Source: Mobula birostris
Lineage: Eukaryota
Assembly (NCBI RefSeq): GCF_030028105.1
Contig: NC_092384.1
Location: forward strand, 43,159,553 to 43,223,552
DNA: 64,000 nucleotides
Reading direction: 5' to 3'
A program made the translations under genes and the position numbers. The notes beneath the pieces are model-generated. The model made no database searches, was not told the origin of the DNA, and worked only from the letters and a program-made list of their open reading frames with translations. This document shows positions 59,487 to 64,000 of the stretch, piece after piece. Within the stretch, counting starts at the first letter, position 1; each line of letters starts with the position of its first letter.

Positions 59487-62400
59487 TATGTTGCATTTGA
59501 GGTTGCCTTTTAAATTAGAGATCAAATATCTGGTAAGTATCAATAAAATTCTCCTAATCTGGACAGAAGTGATCAATTAAATCAACCTTTTCTGTTTAAC
59601 AACTATTGGTATAGGGGTTGAAAGAAGCAGAAAATACCAGCTTTGACCTTGTTGTCATTGGGACACGGACAATCAGTAGAATTACAAACACTTGTTGGAA
59701 CTTTGAATTTCCCTACTAGAATTTGCTTGCAAAATAAAAATTATTATTGCAATAAAATAAACCAAAAAAAATCATCAGTACTTCCATAGAGCATGATTTG
59801 TTGTTTCGAAATAAAAACATTTTTATTCAAGCTTTAAAAGATCTTGGTGATTTTACACCTTGTTCTTGGCTCAATGTCACTGTATGTTGTAGAGGGAATT
59901 TATCAGAGGATTATAATGTGATACCAGGGGTAAGGGGATTATCCTTTGAGGGGCATTAAATAGGCTAGACCTATATTCCAAAGAATATAAAAGAATCTGT
60001 AGCAATTTCCTTGAAATATACAAACTTCTGAGGGGGCTTGAAAGAGTAAGTACTGGAGAATTTAGAACTGGGTCTGTCTCGTATGGAGACCAAATAAGCA
60101 TAATCTTTGCATGAAGAATTTTATAAATCTTTAGAATTCTTCAAACCCAGAAGGTAGTCATGACAACATTTGGAGTGAAAATCAAAAGATCTTTGACATT
60201 GAAGGACAATGGTGTTGTCCTGGGAAATACAGTTGAACCATGATTTTATTAAATGGTAAAATAGATTTGAAGGCTTAACAATGTGCTGTTACAATTATGT
60301 TTTTTTTCTAGTCCAACTCTTTATCCACTGTCACAAAAAACTGTGGGTCAGTTGTTTAAGAAAAATAACAAGATGGCTTGAGCTGCAAAACTAGATTGAG
60401 GTGCTTTTATTTACCTCAAAACAAGACAAAAACTGGACAAAACAATATATATAGCCACCCTCAGACTAAACACAAAAGAAAACTAACCCCAAAGCCTTGG
60501 TAACCTGAGGTTTATAACTGCTAAGCCCCTCCCCATAGACCAACCAAAAGCTAATTAACTCAATTATCCAATTAAAGATAGTATCCTCCACCATCAGCAT
60601 ACCTGTGCAGTTTGCTGCTGCCTCGATATGAGACAGCTCCATGCAGCAGCTCTGTTTCAGACCCAGTCACTATTACTGCTGGGGATGAGTGTTTTACGGA
60701 GTGCGCCATGTGCTGTCTAATCAGTGACGGGCTTTTGTCACATCCACTTAGTCTCATACACTTCCCTGCTTGTTCCCCATATCTCCTTTACTGATTTCTT
60801 TGAATCTTGATGACTTAATGTGGTTATTCCCAGCCCATCTGCCTGCTTATCTTAAATGTTAATGATTTGACACACCAAACTATGCAGCAGCATGTTCAGT
60901 TCCATGTTGCAGAAGCTTCCCTGCCCCCTCAAGTTCAAAAGGATGCAGCAAGAGTTAATAAAATCAATTCTCAAGGAAAGCCATTAAGAGAGGTTTATCT
61001 GTTAAAGGATAAATGGTCAAGAGGATTCATTGTTTAAAATTCTGGCTTGAGGCATTTTCGAATGTATTGTCAAGTTTGGATAGGTTAATGTAAGTTCTTC
61101 AAAAATTTGTACAAATTATATTTTAAAAAAACCAAAATGTTGCTTCCAGTTGCTGGATTTTCTGAATGTTAATTTTACTCATTCCCTTCTAAAAGCACCT
61201 GCGTCTTTTCTGTGGATCAACTTTCTCATGGCTGATGCTTCCAATTCTGCTGCATCCAGCATGAGAACTGTTCAGCTGTCAGTAGGCTGAGTACCTACTT
61301 GTTCTTTCTTTTCTTTGTGCTCTTATATCCTTATTCTTGGCTCAAGGGTCATTGTGCTTCAGCACAATCTGAACTTCAGTTACAATGATAAGATGTCTGC
61401 ACATCAAAAAGGACTGAAATCTGTCATCTACTACTGCCATTGTTGGATCTCAGCAGCATTGTTCGCTTCTGTTTTGTCAAGATGACAGCCACCTTGAACT
61501 TTTGAATATCAGACTGCTTGGCTGGAGCATGACAAAGTTATAGTACCTTGCAGCAGCTTGCCATCAACTTGTATGCAAGATACTACTGACTCAGTTCATA
61601 AGAGTATTGACAGGATTGTCATTCTGCCTTGTCAGAAAGTGCCAACAGGCAGTGTAGGCCCCTGGTGCCAGTGCGATTTATTGCACCTGCGTACATGTAG
61701 TTTTATAAGTGATTCATATCAACTTCAAGCTGTGTTACAACCAAACGAGTTTTATTTCCCTCCACATTAAGATGTTTTTGATAGCAGTTAGTATGTCATG
61801 CGGATAAATTCCCATTATCTTGGCATTGTCTACTGTGCCAATGTAGACATACTCACATTATCACAAAAGACATGCCACATGAAAAATGATGGAGCATTGA
61901 CATTGCTGAAGCAGCACGTCTGACTAGACTACTGTGGAAGCATTACAGTATCTGTTAGATTTGTGGTCGTCTGTTATTGCTGTATAGCTTCACTATTGTG
62001 AAGCATCAACTAAATGATGAGTAATTACATTGGAGGGAGAGGAAGAAAAAGAACAAGCAAAAGGAAGAAAGAAACATACTGTCATTTCTTTTGTTGTGCT
62101 TCCTTAGTACATTTTATTCCATTGTGATATTGATAAACCCATTGCCAGTTTCCCCCAGCACCATCCATTGTTCACTCTGTATACTTATTACATTATAAAA
62201 ATAAATACAACATAGAAAAACTCCTCCACACCTACAAGTAAAAGAATGCCACAAAAGATGTTGTCAATGGTTCTCATACCTTTACTTATTCTGCTTTTCA
62301 TATTCAGATTTCTTTATCAGAAGTACAGTGAAATGCAGTTAACACCCAACACATCTAAGGATGTGCTGGGGACAGTCCACAACTGTTGTCACACATTCTG

Positions 62401-64000
62401 ATGCCGACATACTGTAGAAGAACAACATAGAACACAAAGCAGAACACGAGTAACAAAACATCGAATGCAAGACAAGTCTCTTTATATATGCGCGCGCGTG
62501 CACGCACACACACACCCTCCCCCTCCCCCTCTCTGCTCCAGCTCCACAACAGACCTTTTGGACTACTGATCAACTTTTGTGTTTTGATCTTTGATATTGG
62601 CATCCGGACAAGCTGACGATGGAAGCCCCAACTCCAAGCTTGTCCTCTCATCTGCCCTCATGCACATACTTGCTCAGAGATCTGATCCCAGAACCCACAG
62701 ACCTGGGACTGCCCGACATCCATGGATGTCCTTCGTCACCCGTCCACAATGCTGACTTTCTAGTGCAGAGTGGAGCAGCAATGCCAGCATTGCTGACCTT
62801 CGAGCGTGGAGCGGTGGCCGAGACTGCAGTGTCCCTCATGCCACGGTCATGTCACCGGCTTCCGACTGCAGAGTGGAGGCCTGACCTCTAACTCCTCCCC
62901 TATGAACTTAAAAGAAGTAATTAAGTCTGAGATCATATAACTTAAAAAAAAATGTTGGAAACTCATAACAGATGAGATCTATGGAAAGAGAAACTGCATT
63001 AATGTTTTAGATTAAATCCCCTTTGACAGAACTAGGGAAGAGAGAAAACAAAGTTGCAGAGAGTCCAAGGGAGGAATGGATGGGACAACAGGAGTATGTC
63101 TGACATGGTGAGATCAGGGTTGTCAGAGCAACAAGCTGTTGGTGAAGTTGATTGGTTAACTAGCACTGTTAGAGTGAACGTGAGCAAAGAATCATAAATT
63201 CAGTGAATTAAAGGCAGTTAGAGACAGAGAAGACAAAGGATTGTAAAAGCTGAAAAGTACAGAGTTATAAGATCTAGCCAGTGGATGATATTTTAATTGT
63301 ATGAGAAAAGCAGCAAAAATTGCAGATGGATTAGCAGAAATGGCACTTCTGATGCCAACAGTGAGTTACCAGAATCTGTAGAATTTGCTGTGATACAGAA
63401 GACAGCAACATTCCCGGAGAGAAGTGAGATGTTGTTCTTCCAAGTTTGCATTGAGATTCCTAATAATGCACGAGGCCACAGATGGTTTGGAGTGGGATAA
63501 AGGATTAATGTGGCAAGTAATTGTGTACACTACCTCACTTTTTTAGCACTATTTAAATTATTTTATATATTTATTTCTTATTATAATTTATTTTTACTAC
63601 GTATTGCACTGTACTACTGTCACAAAGCAACAAAGTTTATGACATAACGCCAATGATATTAAACCTGATTCTGAAAATAGGAAGCTCAGCATCGCTTCCA
63701 GTAGTGCAAACTGTGGGTTACTTGAATTTGGGCTGTGTTTTCCAGCCTGCTTGCTAAAATGAAAAATGGTTAATTTTGCCTGCTTTTTACTACTACTTGC
63801 AAGCTTCCCCATCACAGCTAGCATCTAGATTCATCCCGGTAGAACCCTTGTGCCCCCTCAGCCTTTGAGTTGCCATCTACAACAACCTTGCCTGCAGAGT
63901 TCTTTGCAGCGTACCTGATCTCATTACCTAAGCATGAATCTTTGCTATCTTCTTACTAACCCTTCCTGGCCAAGTTGTCAATGTTGCCTCTTTGAACGTA

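Noticed and set aside
51815-64000. URI1 exon 5 (expected HVRK..DDL...F)
   Set aside because: No matching exon found by eye; it probably lies beyond the window

Overview
Eukaryotic, intron-rich vertebrate DNA. The repeat content (CR1/HER1-type LINE ends, Penelope-like elements, V-SINE-like fragments, Tc1/Tigger) suggests a cartilaginous fish, probably a ray; this is an inference. Three genes can be reconstructed by hand with GT-AG junctions and consistent phases. (1) The first four coding exons of a BtpA/SgcQ-family (F13E9.13-like) gene on the minus strand. (2) A complete cyclin E1 gene (CCNE1, 11 coding exons, 408 aa) on the plus strand, head-to-head with the BtpA-like gene across a CpG-island promoter with about 650 bp between the ATGs. 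(3) The first four coding exons of URI1 on the plus strand. The most unusual structure lies between CCNE1 and URI1. An inverted duplicate of the URI1 promoter, exon 1 and intron-1 start (about 29175-29827, mirroring about 35057-35582) keeps its ATG and splice donor, points back at CCNE1, and has a candidate in-frame second exon at 27699-27736. The two arms enclose a 3.5-kb pyrimidine-rich minisatellite with higher-order structure and a second ~32-bp array. The Penelope-like elements carry minimal type I hammerhead ribozyme motifs, several with an intact core. The ~1000-aa ORFs at 29.7-33.5 kb are artefacts of the minisatellite.
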